A stretch of 64,000 nt of DNA from Mytilus californianus. Lineage: Eukaryota. The stretch spans positions 7,936,001 through 8,000,000 of the forward strand of contig NW_026262659.1 of NCBI RefSeq assembly GCF_021869535.1, in the 5' to 3' direction. Position numbers and translations under genes: made by a program. Below are positions 40,701 through 51,400 of the stretch, piece after piece (positions within the stretch are counted from its first letter, which is position 1; each line of letters begins with the position of its first letter). The notes below the pieces were generated by a model, which saw nothing but the letters and a program-made list of their open reading frames with translations, did not search any database and was not told the origin of the DNA.

Positions 40701-43700
40701 ATTAAGAATAAAATTCCGTTCCTTTTCATATGCAGTGCATTCCATTAAAAAATGAAACTCGTCTTCAACATGCATATTTTTACACAGACCACAAAATCTT
40801 TTATCTTTATCGATTTTTTTATATCTACCTTTCTCAATAGCTAACTGATGAGCACTGATTCTAAATTGAGTTAAGCTTTTTCGATACTGAAATTTATTAA
40901 CTTGACATAAATATGCTTCCCTTTTGAAGATGTTTTTAAATTTAAAATAAGATGTTGTATGACATCAGAGGAGTGAAATAACTGAGTTTATTTCACATGT
41001 GAAATTATCGGTTTTTATTTCACTGGGAAATCACAGTAATTCATTGCAAGCAATGTAATAATAAGTTTTACAGCATCTTAAATTCGTTAATAACACTTCA
41101 TGGCTCTCCTATTCATAATGTACTGAAGTCACAACAACGATACATTATATGTTTTTATTTTAGAGTCCCTCAGAAAGATTGAATTTAATGTGTTTAAAGT
41201 CTAAAGATGGAGATCTAGAAAGTTTGGTTGTCAAATTTGAAGTAGAAGAATTTCTTATCGATACTAGAAAAGTGTCTGGATCTTCAAATGGTAAGAAAAA
41301 TAATAATAGATAAATGAAAGCTAGATAAATTGGTCAATTCATCACTATTTACATATAATCAGATTATTTTTTATTGTCTGATGATGATAAATAGCATTGA
41401 TTTTATGACAAATATATAATTATATTTAGTAATGCTATTATCACAAACGTCAAAACGGCATGTATGATTAATATTTAACTCACTAACACGTGCCTCGTGA
41501 ACAGCTCACTTTGAAAATAAAACAATCAGGGTCATGTAGGATATTATCCTACAAATTTGAGTCCATGGGTAGAAATTATTTTTAGTTACTATGATATAAA
41601 AAGGGATTGTACGTAGGGATATTGATGTTTCTATGGATTAAAATACTTTGAAGCTCACATGGCCTAATAGACCATGTGAGCTTTTGCGATCACTTGGCAT
41701 CCATCATCGTAAAGAAAATTTTCTTCTCTGAAACTACTTGGTGAAATGTTACAAAACTTTACCTGAATGTCTCTTAGGGAATCTTGTTTAAAATTTGTGT
41801 CCAGAAATTTGATACATCTTCAAACATGTCTGATGTTGCTGAAAATAGAACATAGGGATAAAATGCTATTTTAGGTTTTTACTACTAAAACCAACGAAGT
41901 CAGAGCATTACTGACAAGGTAAAACTCATCTACAGGTCTATGGATTCATTTTGGAGTTATTACCCTTGAAATGTTTTTTCGGCATATTTTGAAGTTTTTG
42001 GTTATTATCTTGAAAACTTTAACAGATAGAAAGAAATGGGAAACAGTTGAAACAGTTGAAATGACCAGGACAATAAGATCTACAAATAAGTCAACATGGT
42101 AGAAATGGTCAATTGACCTCTTATATAGAAGTTATTGCATTTGAATTATGATTTGTACCGTTTGGCAATTATTGTAGATAGGGAGAATCTTTCAAATGTA
42201 AAAATGGTCAGCAAAATAAGATCTACAAAAGAAATGTCACCATTGGTGAAAATGTCCAATTGACCCCTAAAAGGAGTTATTGCCCTTGAAAACATTTTTT
42301 CTTACTTATTTTTGTTTTTATTTTTCAGAAACTATAATAGATAGACAGAAAATGTAATGGCAAAAATATTCAGCAAAATAAGATCCACAAATAAATCAAC
42401 TTGGCTGAATATTGTGCATGAAATTTTTTTTAAACCCAATTTTGCAGAAACCATTAGAACTTCAAATAAGTCAACATGGCTGAACGTCAAGTGACCCATT
42501 GAGGCTTATAGTTATTGCCCATGAAAGATGGTATTTACCAATTTTTGCATTTTTTTGCAGAAAAAGAAACCATAATAGAGAGAAATTATAATTAGCAAAG
42601 ATGTTAGGCACAATAAGATCTACAAATAGGTCAACATGGCTGAAATTGTCAACTGACTCCATATAGGAGTTATTGCCCCTGATTGACCCATTTAAAACAA
42701 TCCTATAAGGCCATGTGGGCTTGTTCCTTCAACTGGTGTCCGTTGTCATTGTCTGTTGTTGTAAACATTTATCAAAGGTCTTCTCTGAAACTTCTAAATC
42801 AATTTTTGGGTAAACAACCCTTAGGGAATTTAGTATAAAGGATGTTGTTTTTTTTCATCAGTCAACAAACATAGTTGCAATGGATACAAATAGAGTATAG
42901 TGGATGATGGCATTATTTGTCATATCTTCAAAATCATAATAGATAGAAAAGCTGACGGGGCAAAATTGCTCAGGATGTCAAGATTTACTAACCTATTTTC
43001 ACCAAATAATCTTGTTCATTGTATCCAATTTATTTTTGGTAAAAATGTCAGGTGAGAGATACATGCTCCTTTAGATTTATCATTAAGTTATAATTATAAC
43101 TCTTATCTACCTACAAAAAATTCATACCCATGGTATTTGGTAGCATTTATATAATTATTTTAATTAAAATGGTTGGTACTACAGAAAACTACTTGAAAAT
43201 AGTCCAAACATTTAACTGTGCATATCATATTCAGATGCTACTTAATGCATGCTGGATTAAGTTTGTCAAGAATTTGAGGTGAAAATATAGGAGAACAATA
43301 TCTGATGTAACAATAATAGCTAGCATTTTGAAAGTCGAAAGACTAGAAAATATATATGACTAACATGCTAATTTCAAAATTCAATATAAAAAATGACAGT
43401 GATAATAAGTACATGCACAAATAACATATTAACATGATCAGCAAATATACAAAACTGACTGTCAAATTCAAGACTTGGTTCCAACATTTTCTATTTGAAA
43501 ACAATGATTTTTATGCCCCCGCCGCAGCAGAGGGGGCATTAAGTGTTACGCTTGTCGGTTCGTACGTCCGTTGTACATACATCCCAAAATTCTGTTCTCT
43601 AACTTTTGTTTGCCTCAACCAATTGTTATGAAACTTATACACAATGCTTATTACTACAAAAAACAGATAAAGATCGAATTTGGGTGGTGTCACTTTTACT

Positions 43701-46700
43701 GTTCTCGAGTAATGCCCCTTTATAACGTTATATGCAAGCGGGGGCATCATCTGTATCTCATGGACACATTCTCCATTTATTTTTAATCTTTTTTCCATTT
43801 TAAAATGAATCATATTGAGGAAAGCTCACACTAACGTGTTGAACAAGCATGTGTTGTTGTTATTAAGCTGTACATCATGTTGATAACTCACTATGGAAAT
43901 AACTTAATAATTGTAATCTAGAAAACATTGTTTTAGGATTACTCTGGATATTTTAGGATAAGGTTAATAGGGTGGTTCGTAACATTAATGTGTCTAGCAC
44001 TTTATTCCTGACATCAATGTACATGTAGTAATATCTGTATTTGTATTAAATGACAGTTTAAATGTAATCAGCTTATGATTAAGTTATGAATTTATACATA
44101 CTAATCACTTATAGCATCGCATTACTTCTAATCAAGAAAAAAAGAAGAATCAGATGAATTCCAATCTTCTTGATACTGTGGATTCATTATCGAGGGTACC
44201 AATTTCCATGGATTAAAGAAAAGTTGTATTTTTGTGGATATTTGATTTTCTCCTATTCCAACCTTTCTCAACTATGTTGTTTGAAGTATAACACAAGAAA
44301 ACTGACATATTTTAAGTTTCCAACAAAAAATGATTACAAACTAATTAAAAAAAGCTGAGGTTTCAATTTATGCTGGAACTAGTTTGTATTTTAAAGTAAA
44401 AATAACTAGGGGCCACAAAATAAAAAATAATCCCATGATCCATTTATAGCTATTTGAATGTAGTACATGTAGTATAGGCTTTTTAAACAACAAAAAACAA
44501 CTAAAAAATAACAAACTATAGGTGATGATAAATTGATAATTCAAAAAGGAAAGGCAATATATGGACATAACAACATTCGCCATGTCAGCTTTTTCCTGTA
44601 GAAAACTAAATTGTTTAAATGTCTTTGTTATGGTGTGACAGAGTAAATGTCAGTTTGGAAACTTTTGGAAAAGGTTTATGGTCCAGTAAAAATTCTAAAT
44701 ATATATTCTTTAGAAATGCTTGATTGGTTTGTAGTAGGCCAAATAGAAAACTGTGCGAAATTTAAATGCATGAACTGAAAAACTAAAGTAATTGTCAGAA
44801 ATTGGCATCCACAAAGAGAAGTATTTTTCTAATTTTTATTGAATGCTGTTTAGAATTGCTGAATAATTTTCATGGTCAACCCAAAAACTTTTAACTTTTA
44901 TTTGTTTACTTTTGATTTTTGTCTCACCTGCATCGAAAGTCGCAGTATGGGAGACATAGGTATTACTATACAGTGGAAGTGGTGGCAGTGTAAACCATTT
45001 GTATAAAGCTTTATATTTCAGAAAGTAAAAGACCTGGATGCTTCATACCTTGTATGCAGGTACCTTATGTTGCGAAGTTTCCATCTGTCATATGTCCATT
45101 GTCCTTGACTTATTTTCATGGTTCAGCAACTGCTTGAAAAAAAATATGTTTTTTTTGTCATTTTGTATATGGGTTCCTTGCAACATCTATATATCCGTCA
45201 GACAGGATTCACCTGTACTCGACCTCATTTCATGGATCAGTGATCAAGGTTATGTTCGGTGTGAGCTAAGGCTCAATGTTAAAGGCCATATTTTGACCTA
45301 TAATTGTTAACTTTTTATACATTGTGACTTGGATGGAGAGTTGTCTCATTGGCACTCATACCACATCTTCTTATTAAGTCTCCCAAATGAAGTTTGGGAA
45401 GACTTATTGTTTGCTCAGTTATTATTATTATTATTCTTCTTCTTCTTCTTCTTCTTCCGCCGCTTTTAAATTTGAACTTGTCCGCACCCGTTCTCCAAAA
45501 CCGCTTGTCAGATTAACTTAGGGTTTCACAATATGTTAGACTAACATGTCTAGTGGTGCAATCAGGGTTTTGTTTGTGCAATGGGGTTTATAAAGGGGTA
45601 CTTTGAGGGGCAAAAAGAAAAGAGGGTTTTACTATAGAACCCTATGGGATTTTATTTTTTTAAATTTTCAAATGATTATAAATTGAAAACTGTTTGTGAT
45701 AGACACAATCTTTTTAATTGAAAATGTTCTAAATGATAAAGCCCATTAAATGAAATACAGGGTTAGTCCCCAGGGGTCACCCCCAAACCCCCTGCCATTT
45801 AAGAAAGTTCTAATACCTTGTAAGTGGTCAAGATCCCCACCCCTAAACCATATATATTTTGGTTTGTTATGCTAAGATGGTTTGAATGATATACAGGGTT
45901 AGTCCCCAGGGGTTATCCCGACCCCCTGTCATTTGAGAAAGTTCTAATATCTTGTAAATGGTCGAGATCCCAACCCCTAAACCATATATATTCTGGTTTG
46001 TCATGATAAAGCACATCATATGAAATACAGGGTTAGTCCCCAGGGGTCACCCCCACCCCCTGCCATTTAAGAAAGTTCTAATATCTTGTAAGTGGTCAAG
46101 ATCCCCACCCCTAAACCATATATATTCTGGTTTGTCATGCTAAGATGGTTTGAATGATATACAGGGTTAGTCCCCAGGGGTCATCCCGACCCGCTGCCAT
46201 TTGAGAAAGTTCTAATATCTTGTAAATGGTCGAGATCCCCACCCCTAAACCATATATATTCTGGTTTGTCATGATAAAGCACTTCAAATGAAATACAGGG
46301 TTAGTCCCCAGGGGTAACCCCCACCCCCTGCCATTTAAGAAAGTTCTAATATCTTCTTAGTGGTCAAGATCCCCACCCCTGAACCATATATATTCTGGTT
46401 TGTCATGCTAAGATGGTTTGAATGATATACAGGGTTAGTCCCCAGGGGTCATCCCGACCCGCTGCCATTTGAGAAAGTTCTAATATCTTGTAAATGGTCG
46501 AGATCCCCACCCCTAAACCATTTATATTCTGGTTTGTCATGATAAAGCACATCAAATGAAATACAGGGTTAGTCCCCAGGGGTCACCCCCACCCCCTGCC
46601 ATTTGAGAAAGTTCTAATATCTTGTAAATGGTTGAGATCCCCACCCCTAAACCATATATATTCCTATTTGTCATGTCTCGAACATTTGAATGACGTATAC

Positions 46701-48485
46701 GGTCAGTCCCCAGGGGTCCCCCCCCACCCCCAATGTTCTAATATCTTGTAAATGGTTGAGATCCCCACCCCTAAACCATATATATTCCTGTTCGTCATGT
46801 AATGAACATTTGAATGACGTATAGGGCCAGTCCCCAGGGGTTCCTCCCCACCCCCAATGTTCTAGTATCTTGTAAATGGTCGAGATCCCCACCCCTAAAC
46901 CATATATATTCTGGTTTGTCATGCCAAGATGATTTGAATGATATACAAGGTTAGTCCCCAGGCATCACTAATGCATATAACTTTACTGGACCAAACCAAT
47001 TTTCACTGGAAGTTGCCCAATGTCAGGCGACCCTGGGAATTACGAATTATGGGAGCTTCGTTTGGGAGACTTCATAACAGCATCCTGTTACAATCATTTC
47101 TTGTTTATAATAAAGTTACGTGATTAGGTCCATTTTTCAGATACTATAAGCAGTAGGTCAACTATGTGGTGTATGGAATGATTGTAAGGGGTACATGTCA
47201 GTCTGACAAGTTTCATCTGACCTTGACCTCATTTTCATGGTTCATTGGTCAAGTTTTATGTGTTTGGATCTGTTTTTCAAGTACTATAAGCAATAGGTCA
47301 ACTACATTTGGTGTATGGAATGATTGTAAAGTGAACATGTCTGTCTGGCAGGTATCATCTGACTCTGACCTCATTTACATGGTTCTGTGGTCAATGTTAC
47401 GTGTTTGTGTTTTGGTCTGTTTTTCAATTACCATAAGCAATAGGTCAACTATACTTGGTGTATGGAATAATTGTAAAGTTTACATGTCTGTTTGATAGGA
47501 TGTATCTGACCTTGACCTCATTGTCATGGATCTTTGAAAATTTTAAGTTTATGTGATACGTGTAGTCAAACCTTTATCTTTATCTTCAAGACTTTCAAGA
47601 TAAAATCAATGGTCAGTAAAGCCGGTGAGACATTTCATTGTGTGAACTCTTGTTAAATTATGTACCCTTTGAATTTAACAGTAAAATTTACATTAAATTT
47701 TTCTGCACAGGTTTTTTTTTACATTACAGTAGATGTGATGCCTCATTAAAATTAATGTACTTGTGTGTATTTCAGTGGCACTGCAGTCAATACAACCATT
47801 GATCCAGTGGGTGGCTGATTTCACCTTACATCTATTGGCATCCATACCATTGTTTCAGTCATACAACAACTTCCCGGGAGCATCGTTACTCAGTGACAAC
47901 CTGATACTCAACATCTTACGAGAACTGATTATTGTGATACGTATCTGGGGTATCATATGTCCTTCCTGTCAACCTGTATTCACAACAGCATCTTCCCTAG
48001 ACTGTCTTCCACACTTGTTCAAATTGTTGACAAAGGCATGGTTATGTTGCAAAGAAAATGTCAAACTTGATCTGGACGAAGAACTTTTGGATGAATGTCT
48101 AGTATTGCCCAGTAAAATGCTAGTTCCAGGTATTAATCAAAGTTTCCGGTTATCAAATGAAGGATATAGTTTGTTCTTACAACAATTTCCACAAATGATG
48201 ACGCTAGATGAAGAACCTGATTATCTCTATAACATTAAGAAAACCAATTCCATGTTTATTCCTGATGGATTAATAGAAAATCATCAACATCATGACATTG
48301 TTCGTCAAATTCACTTGGGTGTGAAACTGTCGTCATTAGTTCGGCAGTGCTGTAGATGTGGAGCATTCTCATTGTTGTCGAGTGTAGCCAAGTCACCAAT
48401 CATGAAGGCATGGGAACAAAGATGGCAGAAAAGTTGTCTTTGTGGTGGTCACTGGAAAATTCATGCACCTAATACTTCACATTGA
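13610..48485 (+). CDS. MED16: Mediator of RNA polymerase II transcription subunit 16; 8 coding exons, 2499 nt, 832 aa
   Basis: Exons 13610-13740, 26986-27163, 28135-28227, 32559-32696, 35004-35895, 37593-37822, 41164-41290 and 47776-48485 join by GT-AG in consistent phase. Motifs FSPTLTKFGGK, LLEYAMVTGQDWWDILL, RELIIVIRIWG and WEQRWQKSCLCGGHW match MED16 as recalled. Confidence 0.95.
14185..14535 (+). mobile_element. Decayed CR1/L2-type LINE ORF2 C-terminal fragment
   Basis: VRP..WDPW...IETIQRRAARY...LEHLSW...VTMLYKI and RTIRLWNSLP-like motifs, with stops and frameshifts. Confidence 0.75.
14642..15313. mobile_element. MITE with about 200-bp imperfect TIRs
   Basis: 14642-14860 is the reverse complement of about 15095-15313 (aacaagttattacagaaaata...ctcctcctgtcatgaattgtgttgaa). 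Confidence 0.85.
15313..15710 (+). mobile_element. 5'-truncated L2/CR1-clade LINE, ORF2 C-terminus still open
   Basis: QNTSAKLITR...SPILKSVHWLPI..RCKYK...YLQEL...RTLRS...GERRF..AA..LWNDLP..LR...FKK.MKTYLF. Confidence 0.9.
15945..16238. mobile_element. 294-bp fold-back MITE flanked by TA (Tc1/mariner-type ends)
   Basis: TA-CAGCTCTTCTATAAAAGCATGC...GCATGCTTTTATAGAAGAGCTG-TA; near-perfect palindrome over most of its length. Confidence 0.9.
16847..18450 (+). pseudogene. Decayed spliced THAP-domain + DDE_Tnp_4 transposase (ISL2EU / PIF-Harbinger-like)
   Basis: Exon 16847-17058 reads MPSTCCCVPGC...W...(frameshift)IRR...VVCKARF. Intron 17059-17629 is GT-AG. Exon 2 reads RLKSTAIPSLF (THAP AVPTIF-like), HFYTG, ENQFF/TLMKLR, then IIDSTE...KP....Q.TFSS.KNRNT. 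Confidence 0.8.
18857..19460 (+). mobile_element. Best-preserved copy of the dispersed gatgtggtatgattgccaatgagac family
   Basis: Homologous to several other copies in this window. Confidence 0.85.
19976..21590 (+). mobile_element. HINE-like (Helentron non-autonomous) element carrying a satellite array of about 161-bp units
   Basis: 5' hairpin tatacgaccgc...gtggtcgtata, (gtc)n microsatellite, tandem cores from about 20060 to 21260, 3' subterminal inverted repeat gcggtcgtat at 21551-21560, short GC hairpin and T-run. The 3' end of another copy lies at 19830-19955. Confidence 0.8.
21829..22030 (+). mobile_element. Short Penelope-like/retrozyme-type repeat fragment containing a hammerhead ribozyme
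   Basis: aaaactaaggattttctt...cctggtacctttgataact, a repeat I recall from mussel genomes; it contains the ribozyme core listed separately. Confidence 0.7.
21954..21998 (+). ncRNA. Minimal type I hammerhead ribozyme motif
   Basis: ACGTCA (stem I) CTGATGA GTCT-ttatgt-AGAC (stem II) GAAAC-acac-GTC (stem III, cleavage predicted after 21992) TGGCGT (pairs with ACGTCA, one G-U). Confidence 0.85.
23140..25280 (+). mobile_element. 5'-truncated HINE-like element with a 121-bp satellite array (about 14 copies, 23420-25080)
   Basis: Period 121 measured from 23631 to 23752. Non-array flanks are homologous to 45490-45720 and 46980-47110. 3' tttgggagactt is followed by a gtaac...gttac hairpin. Confidence 0.85.
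26190..26650 (+). repeat. Fragment of the cttgacctcattttcatggttc repeat family
   Basis: Shares cores with 44925-45250, 47120-47650 and, inverted, 50150-50520. Confidence 0.65.
26986..27163 (+). CDS. MED16: MED16 coding exon 2
   Basis: ttcag|A GGA GAT...ATG GAG|gtatat; IDLDRPWDSY...VTCMIWDRTGHRLL. Confidence 0.92.
28135..28227 (+). CDS. MED16: MED16 coding exon 3
   Basis: ttgtag|DFLVNKWKNIGKSLLQGEEILSAIWFHSGVQ|gtaaaa, phase 0-0. Confidence 0.92.
28710..29580 (+). repeat. Decayed satellite-bearing element (aagatctacaaataagtcaacatgg cores)
   Basis: Cores of roughly 170-190 bp repeat about four times; a homologous array lies at 41650-42670. Confidence 0.7.
31037..31128 (+). repeat. Dispersed repeat end (aaaattgagaatggaaa family)
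   Basis: Second copy at 55684-55799. Confidence 0.75.
31352..31500. repeat. 33-bp minisatellite, about 4.5 copies
   Basis: ctgatgttatgtcttagagggttatatataata-like unit; period 33 from 31387 to 31420. Confidence 0.85.
31560..31820 (+). mobile_element. Short single-core HINE-like element
   Basis: tttatgcccc start, gtcc/gtac microsatellite, one core, gggcatca, perfect hairpin tgtgtcc-cat-ggacaca (31797-31813); second copy at 43508-43780. Confidence 0.8.
32559..32696 (+). CDS. MED16: MED16 coding exon 4
   Basis: tttcag|VIFNPDKKDTNSYMEKFLKSKSFSPTLTKFGGKAEDGWLVLTATGL|gtaggt. Confidence 0.92.
32818..32986. repeat. 32-bp minisatellite, about 5 copies
   Basis: aaccttgccacatgtgcctgtatcaaatcagg. Confidence 0.85.
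34540..35050 (+). repeat. Tandem duplication of the MED16 exon 5 acceptor and first 16 codons (87-bp unit)
   Basis: ttgtag|gt(t/c)caggcagg...gatcagagtgtggagtatgtt starts at 34619, 34743, 34830, 34917 and 35004. Confidence 0.95.
35004..35895 (+). CDS. MED16: MED16 coding exon 5
   Basis: 892-nt open exon VQAGIINQLDQSVEYVQECL...DWWDILLAVKP, ending G|gttagt. Confidence 0.93.
37265..38120 (+). repeat. Two direct copies of a repeat of about 240 bp flanking MED16 exon 6
   Basis: tgtgagaaaaatatt...tgacgtcatgaaaaaaggc...ctgcaaatctttg at about 37265-37510 and 37891-38120. Confidence 0.8.
37593..37822 (+). CDS. MED16: MED16 coding exon 6
   Basis: tttcag|GT ATG ATT...QRLLALKMALY...HTKLVLLSL..VFKALLRP...GAT GTG|gtaggg. 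Confidence 0.92.
38567..39062. mobile_element. 496-bp MITE with about 90-bp TIRs, flanked by TA
   Basis: TA-CAGTC...tacttgtacaagtaa...tttacttgaagaagtaaata mirrored at the right end, which ends GACTG-TA. Confidence 0.85.
40545..40795 (-). mobile_element. Non-LTR retrotransposon C-terminal zinc-knuckle fragment
   Basis: RFCGLCKNMHVEDEFHFLMECTAYEKER; a similar short remnant (IEDEAHFLFHC) lies on + at about 10275-10320. Confidence 0.75.
41164..41290 (+). CDS. MED16: MED16 coding exon 7
   Basis: ttttag|SPSERLNLMCLKSKDGDLESLVVKFEVEEFLIDTRKVSGSSN G|gtaaga. Confidence 0.9.
41650..43070 (+). repeat. Decayed satellite-bearing element(s), same family as 28710-29580
   Basis: Repeated aagatctacaaataagtcaacatgg and ggagttattgccc motifs. 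Confidence 0.7.
43508..43780 (+). mobile_element. Short single-core HINE-like element
   Basis: tttatgcccc...ggggcattaa 5' hairpin, microsatellite, core, ggggcatca, terminal hairpin; homologous to 31560-31820. Confidence 0.8.
44925..47652 (+). mobile_element. Outer HINE-like element split by nested insertions
   Basis: 5' tgtctcacctg and 3' ccggtgagaca subterminal inverted repeats; cores at 45000-45250 resume at 47120-47560. Confidence 0.65.
45371..47110 (+). mobile_element. Complete HINE-like element with a 134-bp satellite array (about 9 copies, 45745-46960)
   Basis: 5' hairpin aagtctcccaaa...tttgggaagactt, (tta)n(ttc)n, period 134 (45841, 45975, 46109, 46243), 3' tttgggagactt plus hairpin. 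Confidence 0.88.
47776..48485 (+). CDS. MED16: MED16 terminal coding exon 8
   Basis: tttcag|TG GCA CTG...QWVADFTLHLLAS...CCRCG...WEQRWQKSCLCGGHW...TGA. Confidence 0.95.
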
Positions 48486-51400
48486 CATTTTATATAACAT
48501 TTTGTAAATTTTCAAAATATTAAAGATTAGATGTTGTCCAACTTTGTATGAACCAAAGCAGTATTTCTTTCAAAGCCTATAGATAGAGAATTGTTTTGAG
48601 ACAAATGGTTTTTAGGACGGATAATGGGAACCCCTGTACATTTTTTTTTCTGTATACCTGGTAGCTTTAAAGAGGTTTCATTGTACCGTAATTTTAAGGC
48701 TCAATTCCAAGTGTGTTTTTGTGGGATTTACTCACTGAAAGTGTTCTATTTACTATCTGAGCATCACATCCTGTTTTAAAATTGGGAGAATAACAAGTCA
48801 ACATAATGCAACGAGGCTAGTTATGCCATGTGACTATGCAAACAAATTCATAATGAACAAACTCTAATAATCTTTTTCTACTGGATATATACATCACAGG
48901 AACACATCAATTCTCAGTTTATGTAGGTGGAAATTTGAAAGGTCCAGAAAAAAATATCAAAAATAAAAAGATTTGCAGCAAAGATTTACAACTTTGAATT
49001 TCAGTCACTTGGCAAATTCAAAAAGAATGTTTGGTCACTTTGGTGCATAAACTTATAATTTGAATAGATGAAAGTTTTAACCAATTTGAGGTACATGCAT
49101 CTGTATTTCTGCTGTAATAATTTTTGAATGAGCATTTTATGAATACTGTAAATTCAGAAATTATTCTGAAGTTTTTATCAATGAGAATAATGTGACTTGG
49201 TGTTAATCGCAATAATAAAAACTCGCATTCTGATATCTGATCCATATATCTGAATGCATATTTTCCTGAAATCGCAATAATTAATCTCGCATTTTTGTTC
49301 ATTCTTCAAAAATTGCAATAATAAATGCACTCAATAATTTCTGAATTAACAGAGAGTTTTTCAGACGTCAATGCAAAAATATACATATTGAACTACATGA
49401 ACATGAGAAATATAAATGCCAAATGGAAAATCAAAAGAAGCCAACATTATCAAAGGAAGAAAAGGAAGAGTCCTCCTGTTTTATCATAAATTTTGGTAAT
49501 AAGATTGCCACACAAAATTTCTGGTTCAAGGTTTAAAAAGGAAACCAGATACTATTAATGTTTGTTTTAGTAAGTAGTCAGACCCCTGATGTAAATAAGT
49601 GTAATTTTGCTGGTCTAAATTAGTAGGTCTGATTATCTGACAAGGGGATACACTTGATGTGGACATTTGCTAACATCCACATCATGTGGACTCTGTTGGA
49701 TAGTTGTCAATCATATGCATACCACATCTCATTATTTTTATATTGGAATTATGGAGGTTTTTCATGATGAGACCTTGTCAATCAGTTATTGCCTTTTGAC
49801 TTTGAGCACTATCTTAAGAGGCCAGGAAAAGGTCTATTCTTCAGTAACTATACATGGAAGGTTAAAATATTTTTTGTATGTGATTTGGTTATCTCTATAT
49901 AACAAATACCAGTAAGGAGATGTTGTATGATTGCCATTGAGACAACTATCCACAAGAGATCAAATTACTTCCATCAACAATGAGCCACATAGCATTGCTA
50001 TTAAAGTCCAAGACATAACAAAATGTACAGCAATTCAAATTAAAACCAATAGTTTAATGTATGTACAAAACAACAAACCAAAAACAAATATGACATACAG
50101 CAACAAATAAAACAACCATCTAACATGTCTCATGACCATGGCTCCATTTTCAATTCCACAAGCCAGGTTACATTTAAAGATATATGTAGAGTATCATGTT
50201 GGCAGATGTGCAATTACAACTTAGTTGACCTCGGAGATACGGACATGACCATGTTAACTTAACCTTGATCACTGATCCATGAAATGAGGTCAGGTAAGGT
50301 GAAAGCTGTCTGACGGACATGTATATATTACAAGGAACCCATATATACCAATTATAGTTATCCTATTACTCATAATAGTGAGAAATTATGTGTCAAAAAA
50401 GAATTTTTCAAGTAGTCGCTGAGGTCAAGGAAAATGGACATGACAAATGGAAACATCGTAACATATTAAGGCATCTGCATACAAGGTATAAAGCATCCAG
50501 GTCTTCTACCTTCTGAAATATAAAGCTTTTAACAAATAGTTATATTTAATTCTGGATTGTAATCCCCATCTCACATTCTGCAAGTTTTATCGCAGGAATG
50601 ACAAAAAATTGTGCCAAATCTGGCAAACATCATCAATACCTGGGGATAGAAAAACCTGTGTTTCCAGATATTTTTACAGAAATTTGATGAAAAGAACATC
50701 ACTTTGACCAACATTTTATGCTTTAATTTTGGTGGAGTTATGTCTTATAACAAGATCAATACCTGTACCTGCATTGCTTCAAGTAATTGATTGAGGTAAC
50801 ATGAACACCGGAGCGTAACTGATCATTCCAAGCCCAAATGTTAAAATCATTCACTTCAATCGGTGCCAAGAGTTTGACTAAAATTTTCCTTGTACAATTA
50901 GTTGTAAAATTTCAAACTATCGGCAAACAGGAAATGGCTACAAGGCAAATGTAAAAATTGCTTACTCCCTACAGCTCAACTTTATCAAGCTGCACACCAA
51001 ATATTAATTCATTCCATTACAAAGAAGCCAATTAAACTTTGAAGAAAGTTTTATTTGGGACGGATGTATGGAAAGACCGAGTCTAGCGGTTACAAGACCT
51101 GTTTCCACCATTGGCGATGCAGGTAAAAATTGTATATCTATAAAAGCTGACAATTACTTTTCAAAAATAGATGATACTGAATGACAATCCAAGTAAAAGT
51201 TAGACAAGACAGTGAACAATTTATGCACAGGGAAGAGGGGGGGGGGGGGGTCTCTTCCTATATAAAGGTACAAATATCTATGGAATACAATGTGAGGAGG
51301 TAATATATAACAATGGTAGAAATTGTCAATGGGTCATAAATTTTCAATTTTCATCTTCTGTTAAGATGTCTGTAAAAACTGTGTACTGATCTTTTAGTCT

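Noticed and set aside
40845-40900. CTGATGA as another hammerhead
   Set aside because: No stem II followed by GAAA and no pairing arms.
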